Shown here piece by piece: positions 36,801 to 47,324 of a stretch of DNA of 64,000 nt. Source of the DNA: a virus (Duplodnaviria; Caudoviricetes). A program made the position numbers and the translations under genes. The notes beneath the pieces were generated by a model. The model was not told the DNA's origin and searched no databases. It saw only the letters and a program-made list of their open reading frames with translations. Each line of letters starts with the position of its first letter. Position 1 is the stretch's first letter. The DNA is taken from the IMG/VR virus record IMGVR_UViG_3300035520_000607, positions 59,604-123,603 of that record. One strand, written 5' to 3'.

Positions 36801-39028
36801 TATTCATTAGATTTTTTATTTAAAGTTTCAATCTGCTTTAATTCTTCTTTATAAGGCTTTTTTCGTTCTTCTAATTCCTCATTTGATTCTTTTAAAAGTT
36901 GTTTATTTTTTTCGTTTAATTCATTTTGCTCTTTAAGATTTTTTATTTCTTGTTCGTCTAATTCAATACCATCTTTTTTCTTACTAGTTATTGATTGTTC
37001 ATTTAATTTAATCTCTTTTAAAAGACTAGATATTTCTTTCTTATTTATTTTTATTTCTTCATCAAGCCCTGCAATAGCGTCTTCTCTAAGTTTTCCTATG
37101 TCACCAAGTGCTCCTGAAACATCTTCAGCAATAGTATTAGCTTCCCAGTCTAATTTTTCTCAAATCTCTAAATCTTCTTCATTAAAAACTGAATTAAAAT
37201 TTGTCTCTGCATATTTATTAAATGCTGTTTGAACGCCTTTTTTACCTTGATCTTCTAATAAAGCTGCTTGAGTTTCTAACTCAGTTACTTCATTTTGTAA
37301 ATCTATGACTCTTCTAGCATCTTGTTCATTTAATTGATTATAAACATTTTTTAATCTTTCTGCAGTATTAATTTGTTTTTCTAAATTCTCTCTTTCAGCT
37401 TTCTGAATAGTAGTTTCATCTTTGCTTTCTGAGCTTCCTACATTAATAAAATCTCTTTGGGTTTTTAAAACACTTAAATTTTGTTTCGCAAGATTAGTAT
37501 TATTAATTCATCTTGTTAAAGATTGATTTATTTGTTTTTGAAAAACATTTACAAACATTGCTGAAAAACCAGCTAATGATTTTAATCCCCCTCCAAAAGC
37601 ATCACTCATCTTTGTAATTCCTTCAATAACTTGAGTAATAGCATCTATCATAGGATTAATTTCTTTAGTATCAAATAAACTACTATATAAACTTTGAGCT
37701 GAGGCTTTTAGAGTATTCAAATGAGCTTCTGTACTTTCTAAATAAATTTCATTTTGTTCATTTAATTCTCCAGTAGCATTTGCAGCTACTTCTAAATTAT
37801 CTTTAAAAGTATCATAATTAGCCATTAAAGCTACTAATTGAGTATATTGACGAGTACCTGCGACCGCTTGAGCTAATGCAGTTTGTTGATCAGATGATAA
37901 GGTTTTCCACTTTTCACCCATCTCATCTAAGATATCATTCATATCTTTTAACTCGCCATTCTCATCTTTAATACTAATGCCAACTTTTTCAAGAGCTTGA
38001 GAATAAGTTCCTAAAGTTGTACCGTCGTCAAGAGTTTCTCCTAATTCTAGATCTTGTATACGAGCAAATAATGTCTTAAATGCTGTACCTACTGTATCTG
38101 CACTTTGACGAGTTTGAGCAACTACTGTCGCTAATGCGGCAGTTGCATAATCATAACTTAAACCAACTGTTTCTGCAACAGACGCGAATTTCTCAAGACC
38201 TTCAGCAATTTCTGAAGAACTAGATGCGGTTGCCGCACCTAATGCAGTAATAACATCTGCATAATGCTCCAATGTCTCAGATCCATCTGCAAAGTTATTC
38301 CAAATTGCTGTCATATAACTTGATACATCTTCTGCACTATCTTTAGTTACGTTTGCCATTTTAATTGTAATATCAGTCATTTGTTGAACCTTATCTGTAT
38401 CAAGACCTTGTTGATAATAAATTAACGCGGCATCTGTATAATCTAGAGTTGTCGCTCCTAAAGCTTTAGCTGCACTATTTGCGCTTTTAGCAAAAGCTTC
38501 CATTTGACTCGTATTTTGCTTAGATACTACTCTAATACTATTTAAAGATTCATCTAAATCTAATACATAATTATAAGCTTTTTGAACTGCTCCAGTAAGA
38601 TTATTAAAAACACTTGAAGAAATACCAAATCTTATAGTATTAGCCATTGTAATAGCCATCTTATCCATCAAGGTAGAAGTTTGCTTTAATTGAATATTAG
38701 CACTCATAACTGAAGAAGCTAACAAATTAAAAGCTTGACTATTCCCAGTGGCTTCTAAAGTTGATTTTAAACTATTAGCAGTTAATCCTGCTTCAGACAA
38801 ACCTCTCGTAAACTTTGTCATATCTAATTGATTTAATTTTGTATCATAACTTTGATTTAAAATATCTATTAGCTTTTCTGCCGCAGCTCCTGCTTGTTTT
38901 AATTCAGTAGTTGCATTGCTAAAAAGAGATTTATCTTGAATTGTATTTAATTCACGTTTTAATTGTTCAAGAGTATCTTTCTTGAGATCGAATTCAACGC
39001 CAATTTTTATAGTCTTATTCGTTGCCAT
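30872..39028 (-). CDS. Tail tape measure protein, about 2718 aa (about a dozen TGA=Trp)
   Basis: Seven track ORFs in one frame; TP901-like TMP domain at N-terminus (VGTAFKTLFARI, AGTRQ), long helical region, C-terminal YDTGGYTG...LLHQKELVLN; most but not every gap codon read by eye. Confidence 0.88.
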
Positions 39029-39069
39029 AAATATCCTTTTTCCTCCTTTTAAAATTTTCCAAAATAAAA

Positions 39070-39105
39070 ATTCCTTTATTATTGTTATTTCAATAATAAA
39101 GGAAT
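39070..39105 (-). terminator. Perfect 15-bp inverted repeat overlapping the candidate late promoter of the tape measure gene
   Basis: ATTCCTTTATTATTG-N6-CAATAATAAAGGAAT. Confidence 0.6.
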
Positions 39106-39133
39106 AAAATTAACTTGCTTTGGCCTAATTAAA

Positions 39134-39667
39134 TTAAATATCTCTGCCACCATTAGCAGCTTTAGCAAAATCTAATACTTCTTGAAATTTTTCTTTATCA
39201 AAACTATCTACTATTTTTTGCATTTCTCCAGCTTGTAAAGGTAAATTATCTATAACTTCTCTTATAATTCCGCTAATTGTATTTTTATAATTCAAAATAT
39301 CACTTTCTAATTCTTCCATGCAATCATATAAAATTTCATATTCAGAATCAGGAATATTATTTAAAACTTCTTCCATTATACCATTGCTAACTAAAGTATC
39401 ATATAATTTAGCTTCATCTTCTCTTTGTTTATCTGTAAAAGTTATATTAGTATATAAATATACTAAATTAAGATGAAAATATAAATCTTTCTTAACTGGA
39501 TTATAAATAGTTCCTTCTAAAGCTTTTTGTAAAGTAATATTTACTAAAGAATATTTTTCATCAATAGGTAAATATTGTAAAACCTCAATCTCGCTATCAT
39601 TATACTTAAAACTTTTAACTGATGTATCAGTTTTTAATTTTAAACTTGCATATGTAATTTTTGTCAT
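39134..39667 (-). CDS. Putative tail assembly chaperone
   Basis: 177-aa acidic helical protein just upstream of tape measure; own TTGACA-N17-TATAAT promoter at about 39700-39728. Confidence 0.55.
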   Translation of the reverse strand: MTKITYASLKLKTDTSVKSFKYNDSEIEVLQYLPIDEKYSLVNITLQKALEGTIYNPVKKDLYFHLNLVYLYTNITFTDKQREDEAKLYDTLVSNGIMEEVLNNIPDSEYEILYDCMEELESDILNYKNTISGIIREVIDNLPLQAGEMQKIVDSFDKEKFQEVLDFAKAANGGRDI

Positions 39668-39700
39668 ATATCATTTCTCCTTTTATTTCTCTTATTTATA

Positions 39701-40774
39701 TTATACCACAATTTCTATATTTGTCAAGTTTTCATTTCCGCTAAGTTTATCAAGGAAATTTTCTTGAACATAATCTAGCGCGTCATTTAATACTCTTTTG
39801 CTACCTTCTTCCATTCCAATAGTAGTATAAGTAGATAATAATTTTTCAATTTTCTCTCTATCAGTTTTTCCTTCAGTTAGAGCTTTTAAAGTGTCTTTCA
39901 TAAAATTCTTTAATTCTGATAATGGTACTAATTGTGCAGTAGATGTATTAAAAACAGCCTTTAATTGTGTCAATTCTGAGTCTCCTTGTTTCAATTGGGA
40001 GATATTTTCACCTTTAGCTTTTTTTAAAGAGTTGTATATTCTAAATTGCTCTTTTATTGTAAGAGGTGGAGTAAATTTATTTTTATATTTAGTATAAACC
40101 TCATAGACACGACCTCTGTTAGGTTTATCTGAAATAGGCTTAAGTTTTCCTTTACCTGGCGGGATTAGCTTTTGATCTGTATACATATATTCTATTGCAT
40201 AATATAGATTTAATTGATGCTCATCTAATGAGTTTGAATAAGTAGCCTTATCTTTTGCTATTCTTTTTATACTATTATTAATATATAAAGAAACATCATT
40301 CTCAGTTTTACCTGTCCTAACTTTTGACATGGAAAGAACATCTCACATAGATAAAGAAAGTTCTTGAACAGTTTCTTCACCAGTATTTTTATCTATTTCA
40401 TTAACCGCAATCCTATAAGTTATTTCTTGTCCTGTTAGCGCCTCTCTAAAAGAATGAATCAATAAATAACCTCATTTCATTAATGCTAGAACTTCATCAT
40501 TATGATCAAATACTCTATTCTTTATTTTTTCAGTTGCTATAGTAGGTAAGCTTTTATTTCCAATTTTTCAAAGATCTTCTTCTTTTTTTATTTCAGTTTT
40601 TAAAACTTGATACCTAACATCTTTTTCCTCAACCTCTTTTAGCCATGAATTCATTTGATTGGCTAATTGATTTAATTCAGAAAAACTACTAATAGCTTTT
40701 AAAGTTTCTTCACTAAAATAACTTCTAGATTCATTAACAATATCTTGGACAATACCATATTCATCTACTACCAT
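39701..40774 (-). CDS. Hypothetical protein, 357 aa (3 TGA=Trp)
   Basis: ORFs 40568..40783 and 39701..40330 join in frame. Confidence 0.7.
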
Positions 40775-40841
40775 TTTTATCAACTCCTTAAAAATAGTTA
40801 AATAAAAAGAAAGAGGGATATTAAATCCCCCTTATTTTATA

Positions 40842-41792
40842 TTAAGCTATTTCGTCTTCTTCACTTGTAGTTGATTCACCAGTTATTTCAGTTGAATCAT
40901 TTTTAGTTGCTTCAATGTCGATTCCAGCTTCATGAGTCATTACACTCTTACTAGTCTCAGAACCTGCAGTAGCATCTTCTACAACTTGGATAACACATAA
41001 TACTTGTTTAGTATTATCGAATAAAGTATATCCAGGGAATGCATCCATAGTGAATGTAAATGTAGAAGGATCTCCTGTAGAAGCCATTGAGAATGTAAAG
41101 TTAGATTGAATTTTTACCTTTGGTAATGTAATTTCAGCAGGCATATCTACGCCGTCTGATTCACGTCTAAATAATGTAGAAGCTTCAACATAATAATAAC
41201 CAGCAAAGTTATTAGCATCGATTTGAAGTTCAGATACATTTTTAGAAGCTTTAGTTACATAGAAATCAACAAATACTGATTTACCAGCAGCACTTGTTCC
41301 ACCAGTAATAGATTTACCATCTTCAGAAACAGTTAAACCATCAACTAATTCTCCTGTAATAGAACCATCTGTTTCAGTAATCATTACAAATACTGGAGCA
41401 GTTGCATCAATTTCTTCATTTGTTCCTAAACTATCTTTTAAATTAATTTTACCATTGTTATCTACAGATGCAGAAGCAGTAGTATGAACATGAACAGTTT
41501 CAGTTTCAGATTTAAATAATCCAGCTCCTGATAATACTGAGAATCCAATTGGAGATAATAGAGCATCTTCAACTGTGAAAGTTAAAGTTTTTTCACCTTC
41601 CCATGCGATTAATCTATTATTACCTTTACCACCTTGAGCATATACAGTTGTAGCTGCTCCTTCAATAGTAGAAGTTTTTGCACTATCAATATATAAAACT
41701 GGTTGTCCTTCTTTGAAAGTTGATGTTCCAATTTTAGTATCAGCTTTTGCTTTAAATACTACGTCACAAATTTCACGTACGCCAAATTTCAT
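40842..41792 (-). CDS. Major tail tube protein
   Basis: MKFGVREICDV, AQGGKGN.RLIAWEGEK, GDPSTFTFTMDA; position upstream of tape measure. Confidence 0.75.
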   Translation of the reverse strand: MKFGVREICDVVFKAKADTKIGTSTFKEGQPVLYIDSAKTSTIEGAATTVYAQGGKGNNRLIAWEGEKTLTFTVEDALLSPIGFSVLSGAGLFKSETETVHVHTTASASVDNNGKINLKDSLGTNEEIDATAPVFVMITETDGSITGELVDGLTVSEDGKSITGGTSAAGKSVFVDFYVTKASKNVSELQIDANNFAGYYYVEASTLFRRESDGVDMPAEITLPKVKIQSNFTFSMASTGDPSTFTFTMDAFPGYTLFDNTKQVLCVIQVVEDATAGSETSKSVMTHEAGIDIEATKNDSTEITGESTTSEEDEIA

Positions 41793-41819
41793 ATTATTTT
41801 TCCTCCTTTAAAAGTTTAA

Positions 41820-42572
41820 TTAAGAGTTAGAATGAATGTCTTTCATCCAGTCCTCTGGGTCCTTTATGTCTTTTGCACCAGCCATTTTAGCCTCAATATA
41901 AATCTCATAACTTGTTTTCAATTCATATCTTTTTATTTGATCAAATAATTGATAGACTGTATAGTCTAAAATTGTATTTAAATCAATTTTTGTTCCGATA
42001 GCTAAAATAGATACATATCTACTAATAATATCAACCTTTTGATTTTCATTACCTTTTACTTCAGCAAGTTTTTGATGTCTTTTCTTTAACTTATCCGCTA
42101 TGCGGGAAGCCATTGCACCATCAGGATTGAAATCTGTATTTTCATCTTTCTCTCCAAAAGTAAACATTGCTCTAATAATTTTTTTAAAAGCTTCAAAATT
42201 GTCTTTATTAATATAATGTATATCTTTATCATTATCTTCTTTTGTTAATTTTATACAATCTTTTCCAAGATCAATAGTATAACAAGGGAATAATAAGGCT
42301 AGCAACATCATTACGCAATTCCTATTTTTTTGCATTACCGCATTACGCTCTTTTAGTATTGCTATTAATATATCAAAATCCGCTAGCTCCTCTAAATTAA
42401 CTTTGTCCTCTTCTGTTAAAAGATTTTTAGAAAAGTTTAACATTTGATATCCCGCGAAGAAATTCTCTTCGCCAAGATATGCAATTTCTTTTATACGCGG
42501 ATGATGAATATTTAATTGAGCTTCCTCAAAAGGAATGTCATTTCCAGACAAGAGTAATAAATCACTAATCAT
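41820..42572 (-). CDS. Hypothetical tail-module protein
   Basis: 250-aa ORF; YTVYQLFDQIKR C-terminal motif. Confidence 0.65.
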   Translation of the reverse strand: MISDLLLLSGNDIPFEEAQLNIHHPRIKEIAYLGEENFFAGYQMLNFSKNLLTEEDKVNLEELADFDILIAILKERNAVMQKNRNCVMMLLALLFPCYTIDLGKDCIKLTKEDNDKDIHYINKDNFEAFKKIIRAMFTFGEKDENTDFNPDGAMASRIADKLKKRHQKLAEVKGNENQKVDIISRYVSILAIGTKIDLNTILDYTVYQLFDQIKRYELKTSYEIYIEAKMAGAKDIKDPEDWMKDIHSNS

Positions 42573-42573
42573 A

Positions 42574-43161
42574 TTACTCTATTGGCGGTAATTTATCATC
42601 ATTTCCATGAATAGCTCTATAAGAAAGAGTATAGCCAGATAGATCTTCATTTAAAACTAATTCGCTACATCCTAGAAAATCAAGAGTTCCAATACCTGAT
42701 AACTTTGCATGATTTAATAATCCATCAATATATCCTGCAATTTTAATAGGTCTAACTCTATAATTCCCGATATCCCAATAATCAGTATGGCAAATAATGT
42801 CAAATGTTATAGTACAATCGCGGTAATAGGGATTAGAATCATTTGTAGTAAAGTTATCCATTGTAACAATAATATAACTTTTTACTTCTTCATGTTCTGG
42901 AAAATTAATTTTTGGAATTAATTTAATATATCCCTCTTGAATTAGTTTTGCTAAACTTGTTTCTTCAATAATTTTATTTATTGTTTCGCTCTCTTCATTA
43001 TCTAAACAATCTTTTGTGTTGATTACCAATAATCTTTTTAGTAGATCGCTATAAGGCTTACTTTCTATAAATAACCTTCTTAATATTGTTTCAACATCTT
43101 TTTCGCAAGATAAGAAAGATGAACGAAAATCACTTGCTGGTAACAAAACATTACGTTTCAT
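42574..43161 (-). CDS. Putative tail terminator/neck protein
   Basis: ITFDIICH..W, RP..IAG.ID, GYTLSY; position. Confidence 0.55.
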   Translation of the reverse strand: MKRNVLLPASDFRSSFLSCEKDVETILRRLFIESKPYSDLLKRLLVINTKDCLDNEESETINKIIEETSLAKLIQEGYIKLIPKINFPEHEEVKSYIIVTMDNFTTNDSNPYYRDCTITFDIICHTDYWDIGNYRVRPIKIAGYIDGLLNHAKLSGIGTLDFLGCSELVLNEDLSGYTLSYRAIHGNDDKLPPIE

Positions 43162-43183
43162 ATTATCTATCTCCTTTTATTTC

Positions 43184-44149
43184 CTATAAAGAGCTAATAG
43201 TAACTGGAAGAATTATATCTTCTGAGCCACTTCTATAGATTAGATTAAATTTTCCGCTCTTTCCTGTATTTATATAAACTTTAACACTATCGCTATCTTG
43301 ACTAAGTATGTCTACTTTTTCATTATCTACTACCCAGAACCCATCAGTAGCATTAGCAATAGTATAAGTAATTGTATCATATGGATAAATAACAAAAGGT
43401 CCATCTATGTGTGCGGATTCCTCGTCTATAGGATCGGATATCGGCATCTCCGCAGCTACTTCTTCCTCTATTGTATTTTGATAATATTCTTTTAAACAAA
43501 CTACAATAATACCATCCGCACTTATTGAATCTGAAGTTTGGATTTCATAAGGTTTGTTATTTATTTTTATAATACTAAATCTATGAAAATATGCTAAAGT
43601 ATTTTCATCTTTTGTAATATACATTGTTAATGTATCATTTAAAGCATTCCAATCTATATTACTAACTTTTAACCAATCTATTTTATCCGTAGAATTTTTA
43701 TAGACTGGAACCGCATAACTCACACCATTTATTTCAACAGTATAATTACATCTGCGGATTTCCGCTCTAAAATAAGCGATTTCTTCTATTTTTTGTAAAT
43801 AGACTAATCATTGAGTATTATTTTCCTTCCAAGTAATTACATCTCCAGCTTTCACTCCAATTGTTTCAACATCTCTTGAAGTTTTATCTAAATTAATTCC
43901 TTCTTCTTTATTCACACGAATGTCCTCAAAAGGAATAGATAATATTTTATCTTCATTACTAATTTTTAATTTATCTGGATTGATTAAGCATAGAAATTCG
44001 CGGCCATCTGCCAAGACTGCGGTAGCCGCTTGATAGGAATATAATAATGCCTTTTTTAAACTCTTTAATTTACTACTATTCATTCGAGCAACTTGATTTT
44101 GTCCGCCCATATAATTTAAACGAGTTCTCATATTCTCTAGCCCTGACAT
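43184..44149 (-). CDS. Putative head-closure/neck protein, 321 aa (1 TGA=Trp)
   Basis: GDVITWKENNTQ*LVYLQ joins two track ORFs. Confidence 0.65.
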
Positions 44150-44151
44150 AA

Positions 44152-44478
44152 CTATTCCTCCGTCTCTTCTATTACTTTTTTAATATCTTGAATAAGATTT
44201 AAGCATTCAAATATTGTTCTTCGATATAAAAAGAAGTCTCCTTCTTCTGTTAGATCAAAAAGACCTTCTAATTTGCATATCAAAGAGAATAATTTTTCTT
44301 GGTAATTTCCTAATAATTTAGTCATTCCGCCTAATTCTTCAATAATAGTAGTTAATGGAGTTTGCCAATCTAAATTTTCTTCTCTATTTGGTAATAATTT
44401 ATAAGTTTGACTTATTAATCTCTTTAAATTATTAGAGATGGCGGAAACGCCTATTTCGATATTATTGTCTAGTAGCAT
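44152..44478 (-). CDS. Hypothetical protein
   Basis: Likely start MLLDNN after GGGAGG; track start 44583 overlaps upstream gene too far. Confidence 0.6.
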   Translation of the reverse strand: MLLDNNIEIGVSAISNNLKRLISQTYKLLPNREENLDWQTPLTTIIEELGGMTKLLGNYQEKLFSLICKLEGLFDLTEEGDFFLYRRTIFECLNLIQDIKKVIEETEE

Positions 44479-45025
44479 TGGAAGACCCTCCCATGATAGA
44501 CTCGAAAGTAGAGCGTTTAATTCCTTTCTCATCAGATATTCTACGTTTGTATAGTCTTTGTAAATGAAAACCTTCTCTTTCATAATCTTTTTTAAGTGAT
44601 AATAATTTTGACATATGATTAGCTTGAGATGTGAATTTAAAGTCAGATCCGCTATATTTCATTCTAGTATTTTCAACACTAGCTAATTGTTGACCTAACC
44701 ACTCAACTATCATGTATGTAGATAAAATATTTATTTCTTCTTGAGTAAGCGCAGTGTTAAAGCAACCTCCGCTATGATAATAAACTTTAACTTCTTCATT
44801 ATCGCTTTCAACGCCTTTATAAGTACCTTCATCCTCTATATAACTAAGTTCATAGTCTTCTATATCAAAACGCGGAAATTCAAACTTGTAGATTGCTGTT
44901 AATAATAATTCTTCAAGCATTCTATAAGTATCTAATTCAGTTAATTCCATATACATATCATCAGTTATTTTTGATAGAAAACTATCGTATATCACAGAAA
45001 AAGGTGTAGTAGTTATATTATCCAT
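44462..45025 (-). CDS. Putative head-tail adaptor
   Basis: TPFS.IYD.FL.KITD, L..EEINIL..YM..EW, DFKFTSQANH. Confidence 0.6.
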   Translation of the reverse strand: MDNITTTPFSVIYDSFLSKITDDMYMELTELDTYRMLEELLLTAIYKFEFPRFDIEDYELSYIEDEGTYKGVESDNEEVKVYYHSGGCFNTALTQEEINILSTYMIVEWLGQQLASVENTRMKYSGSDFKFTSQANHMSKLLSLKKDYEREGFHLQRLYKRRISDEKGIKRSTFESIMGGSSNATRQ

Positions 45026-45043
45026 CTTACACCTCCATTACTA

Positions 45044-45643
45044 TTATTTGTTTACAACTTTATATTTAGAATTAGTAATTGTTGTTGAAGTTCTTCTAGT
45101 TGAAGTATCATCTTTAGTAGAAGTGATTGCCGCAGCTCTTCTTTGTTGAGTTTGAGTTGTTTCTTCGCTTCCTTCTTCTTGAGATTCTTTTTCAATTGCT
45201 ATTGCAGAAGTGACATTAAATCCAGTTTTTTCTAATAATGCTTGTCTTTTACTTACATCATTTAATTGTAGTTCAACTGCAAGATCCTTAACAAGATTAA
45301 TAGTTCCTTCTGGAGCAAAATCTAAACAATCTTTAAATTGATCTAAAGTTCCTTCAGTTAATAATGTTCTTATATCTTCTTCAGTATAATAATATTCAGG
45401 TTCAACTTCTCCTATTAATTCTTGAATTAATTCAGGACAGTCTTCAATTACTAAATATTCTTTTAGTATTTTTTCTCCCCCTCTACCTGGAAGATAAACT
45501 AACTTTCTTAATTCTTCAACTGTAACTTCTTTTACTTCTCCGCTTTCAAAAGAACGGTGAAGATTTCCTAAATCTGGAATTGTATATCCAACAGTTCCAT
45601 TATCTCTATTTCTAACTTTTACTATTGTGTTTTTGTCTAACAT
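45044..45643 (-). CDS. Hypothetical head-module protein
   Basis: 199-aa ORF directly after major capsid. Confidence 0.7.
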   Translation of the reverse strand: MLDKNTIVKVRNRDNGTVGYTIPDLGNLHRSFESGEVKEVTVEELRKLVYLPGRGGEKILKEYLVIEDCPELIQELIGEVEPEYYYTEEDIRTLLTEGTLDQFKDCLDFAPEGTINLVKDLAVELQLNDVSKRQALLEKTGFNVTSAIAIEKESQEEGSEETTQTQQRRAAAITSTKDDTSTRRTSTTITNSKYKVVNK

Positions 45644-45770
45644 ATTTAAAACTCCTTTTCTCTCGATTTGATTGTATTAAAAAAATTGGGAGAAGACTTT
45701 CTTATATCGTCTTCATTTGATAAGATCAATATATTTTAATATCTTCTCCCTAAAATAAGTTTATCTAAAA

Positions 45771-46796
45771 TTATTTAGATAATTTAGTGTTTCTATATAC
45801 ACAAATGTTATTAGTAATTAATGTACCAACACCAAGTTTTTTATAAACTTGAACTTCTCTTGAACGATCTTTGTTAACATATTCGTCAACAATTGTTTGT
45901 CCTTCGAAAGCAATTTTAACTGGTTTATCAGCGCCAGTAGGAATAATCCATGCATATTCTGGATTAATAACTTTTTCAGTATTAGTTTCGTCTGTATAAG
46001 ATTGATTTAATACGATTACGTTATGTCCTTTGTAGCTAGCTAAGTAACCATGACTCCATTTTTGGTCTTTCATTGCTTCAGAAACCCATCCTTCACTTGG
46101 AACCATAGTTGCGGCAAATTCATAAGTACAATAAATTGTAGATCTTCCATAAGAATCTGCGATTGCAATTAATTTGTCCATTTCGTCTTCTGAGAATTGA
46201 GCATCAGTATATTTATTTGCTCCTTTTAAGTTATCTGCAGCAGCAATTAAAGATTTTTCAATTTCTAAATAAATAGCGTCATTTAATCCGTCCATAATTA
46301 CTTCTAATACATCAGCAAAATCTACTCTACCATCTAAGAATTCTTCGAATCCGATTTGAGCAGCTCCACCGAATGCTTCAGTAGGGATTTCATAAGTTCT
46401 ACCATCTAGTTTGAATACTTCATAAATACCAGCTAATCCAACTTTAGTAATGAATTGTTTAGCACGTCTTTTAGAAGCAGCAGTAATTCTTTGTGTAAAA
46501 ATAGGTTTGTCACCTTGAGCATAAGTTTTAATTTCAGCAAATTGTCCATATTGTTCTAAAACTCTTTGAGGTAGAACATCATCAACAACTTCTTCGATTA
46601 ATGAGAAAATAACATTTTTGTTTTCTCTATATAAACTATAAGTTCCTGCTAATTCTTTTAATTCACTTCTTAATGTTTCATTTAATTCAGAGTAACTAAA
46701 TTTATCGTCTCCGAAAGAGTAAGCAACTTGAGAAGTAGATTTTGCGTTAGCAGTTATTTTAGCTAATTTAACTAAATCAGTGTTATTTAATGCCAT
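45771..46796 (-). CDS. Major capsid protein
   Basis: 341 aa, canonical order portal-protease/scaffold-decoration-capsid, strongly biased codons, strong stem-loop downstream. Confidence 0.8.
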   Translation of the reverse strand: MALNNTDLVKLAKITANAKSTSQVAYSFGDDKFSYSELNETLRSELKELAGTYSLYRENKNVIFSLIEEVVDDVLPQRVLEQYGQFAEIKTYAQGDKPIFTQRITAASKRRAKQFITKVGLAGIYEVFKLDGRTYEIPTEAFGGAAQIGFEEFLDGRVDFADVLEVIMDGLNDAIYLEIEKSLIAAADNLKGANKYTDAQFSEDEMDKLIAIADSYGRSTIYCTYEFAATMVPSEGWVSEAMKDQKWSHGYLASYKGHNVIVLNQSYTDETNTEKVINPEYAWIIPTGADKPVKIAFEGQTIVDEYVNKDRSREVQVYKKLGVGTLITNNICVYRNTKLSK

Positions 46797-46815
46797 AATT
46801 TTTTTCCTCCTCTAA

Positions 46816-47304
46816 TTATTTAATTCTTTGGATTTTTACAGCAGCTTGTCCGTCAGCTAATGTATAAATTTTAGCTACTTGCCATAACATGTCAGCATCT
46901 TCTGTAGTTTTTGCTAAGATTCCATCTTCACCTGGAGTTAATTTGTCTCCTGCTACGATGTCTTCTTCTTTAATCATGTTAGTTGTGTAAATATCTCCTA
47001 TATTTGTTTTGAATACTCTTGGAACTATAACTCCATCAACAGAATCAGATGCTAACATAGCGAAATCACTATAAGTTTGTTTTCTGTCATCGTATAATTT
47101 GATTTCATTGAAAACTAACATCCATTCTCCTGCACCAGTTAAGTTTACTTCATTATTAGCATAGTCATATTTAACGAATTGACCATTTTCAAGGATTTTA
47201 ATATCACTATTAGCTGGTAATTGAGCATAGATTTGAGCAGTTCTTTGAGCAGATAAATGATTAGGTTCAACTTGTCCGTAACCTGTTCTTTTAATTTGAC
47301 TCAT
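46816..47304 (-). CDS. Capsid decoration/cement protein
   Basis: 162 aa between scaffold and capsid; GYGQVEPN, ENGQF, GDIYTTN. Confidence 0.65.
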   Translation of the reverse strand: MSQIKRTGYGQVEPNHLSAQRTAQIYAQLPANSDIKILENGQFVKYDYANNEVNLTGAGEWMLVFNEIKLYDDRKQTYSDFAMLASDSVDGVIVPRVFKTNIGDIYTTNMIKEEDIVAGDKLTPGEDGILAKTTEDADMLWQVAKIYTLADGQAAVKIQRIK

Positions 47305-47324
47305 ATTGAATATCCTCCTTATTA

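Noticed and set aside
39134-40774. Programmed -1 frameshift in tail assembly chaperones
   Set aside because: No convincing slippery site at a gene junction; the two genes are separated by their own promoter and RBS
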